From: Squalus acanthias
Lineage: Eukaryota
Length of the DNA: 64,000 bases
Assembly: GCA_030390025.1 (NCBI GenBank)
Contig: CM059432.1
Coordinates: 113,896,001 to 113,960,000, forward strand
Direction: 5' to 3'
Position numbers and translations under genes: made by a program. Below are positions 63,576 through 64,000 of this stretch, piece after piece. Under the pieces are notes generated by a model, which worked only from the letters and a program-made list of their open reading frames with translations, did no database searches and was not told the origin of the DNA. The first letter of the stretch is position 1. The number at the start of each line of letters is the position of its first letter.

Positions 63576-63824
63576 AATTCCTCTGTATGATAAGTGCTGT
63601 ATGACATTCTATAAACCATGAATTACCCTGACATGTAAGCTCTGTTGAAAGTATTTTTTTTAATAAAAATGATCATGTAATTTTGCATATATAAACTGTT
63701 GCTGAGAAAATAAGGTTCCTTCTGTTAAGCCATAAAGTTTTGTGTTTATGCAGATCAGCTATTAAGGTTGACTACCATTCAGCTTTTCCACGTGAGAGAG
63801 AGCAGCGACAAGAAATTGATTTTA

Positions 63825-64000
63825 TAGAACCATACCTCACAGAAGGAGGCCATTCAGCCCTTTATGCCTGTGCCGGATCTTTGTAAGAGCTGTCCAATTA
63901 GTTCCACTCCTCTGTTTTTTCCCCATAGCCCTGGAAATTTTTCCGTTTCAAGTAGTTATCCAATTCTCTTTTGAAAGTTATTATTGAATCTGCTTCCTCC
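63825..64000 (-). mobile_element. CR1 3' tail, running off the window
   Basis: ATAGAACCATA...GGAGGCCATTCAGCCC. Confidence 0.75.

Overview
Gene-poor, transposon-saturated vertebrate DNA. The repeat content (CR1/L2 LINEs, Deu-domain SINEs, Penelope, Harbinger) suggests a cartilaginous fish. Most of the window is nested mobile DNA: many CR1 fragments, five two-gene Harbinger/PIF elements (DDE transposase plus spliced Myb/SANT gene), Harbinger MITEs with 3-bp TSDs, and two Penelope fragments carrying minimal hammerhead ribozymes. No host gene was recognised. Main finding: with the transposons removed, manual translation of the remaining + strand islands gives degraded, collinear matches to paramyxovirus M, F, HN and nearly the whole L polymerase, in canonical gene order from about 2.1 kb to about 52.7 kb. 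This looks like a near genome-length paramyxovirus-like endogenous viral element (EVE) broken up by later insertions. Also seen: an inverted partial duplicate of it (about 56.1-58.2 kb) and a second, weaker mononegavirus L-like relic on the - strand (11.2-13.2 kb). All viral calls rest on by-eye comparison with motifs recalled from known proteins and need tBLASTn/HMM confirmation. Most boundaries are approximate.
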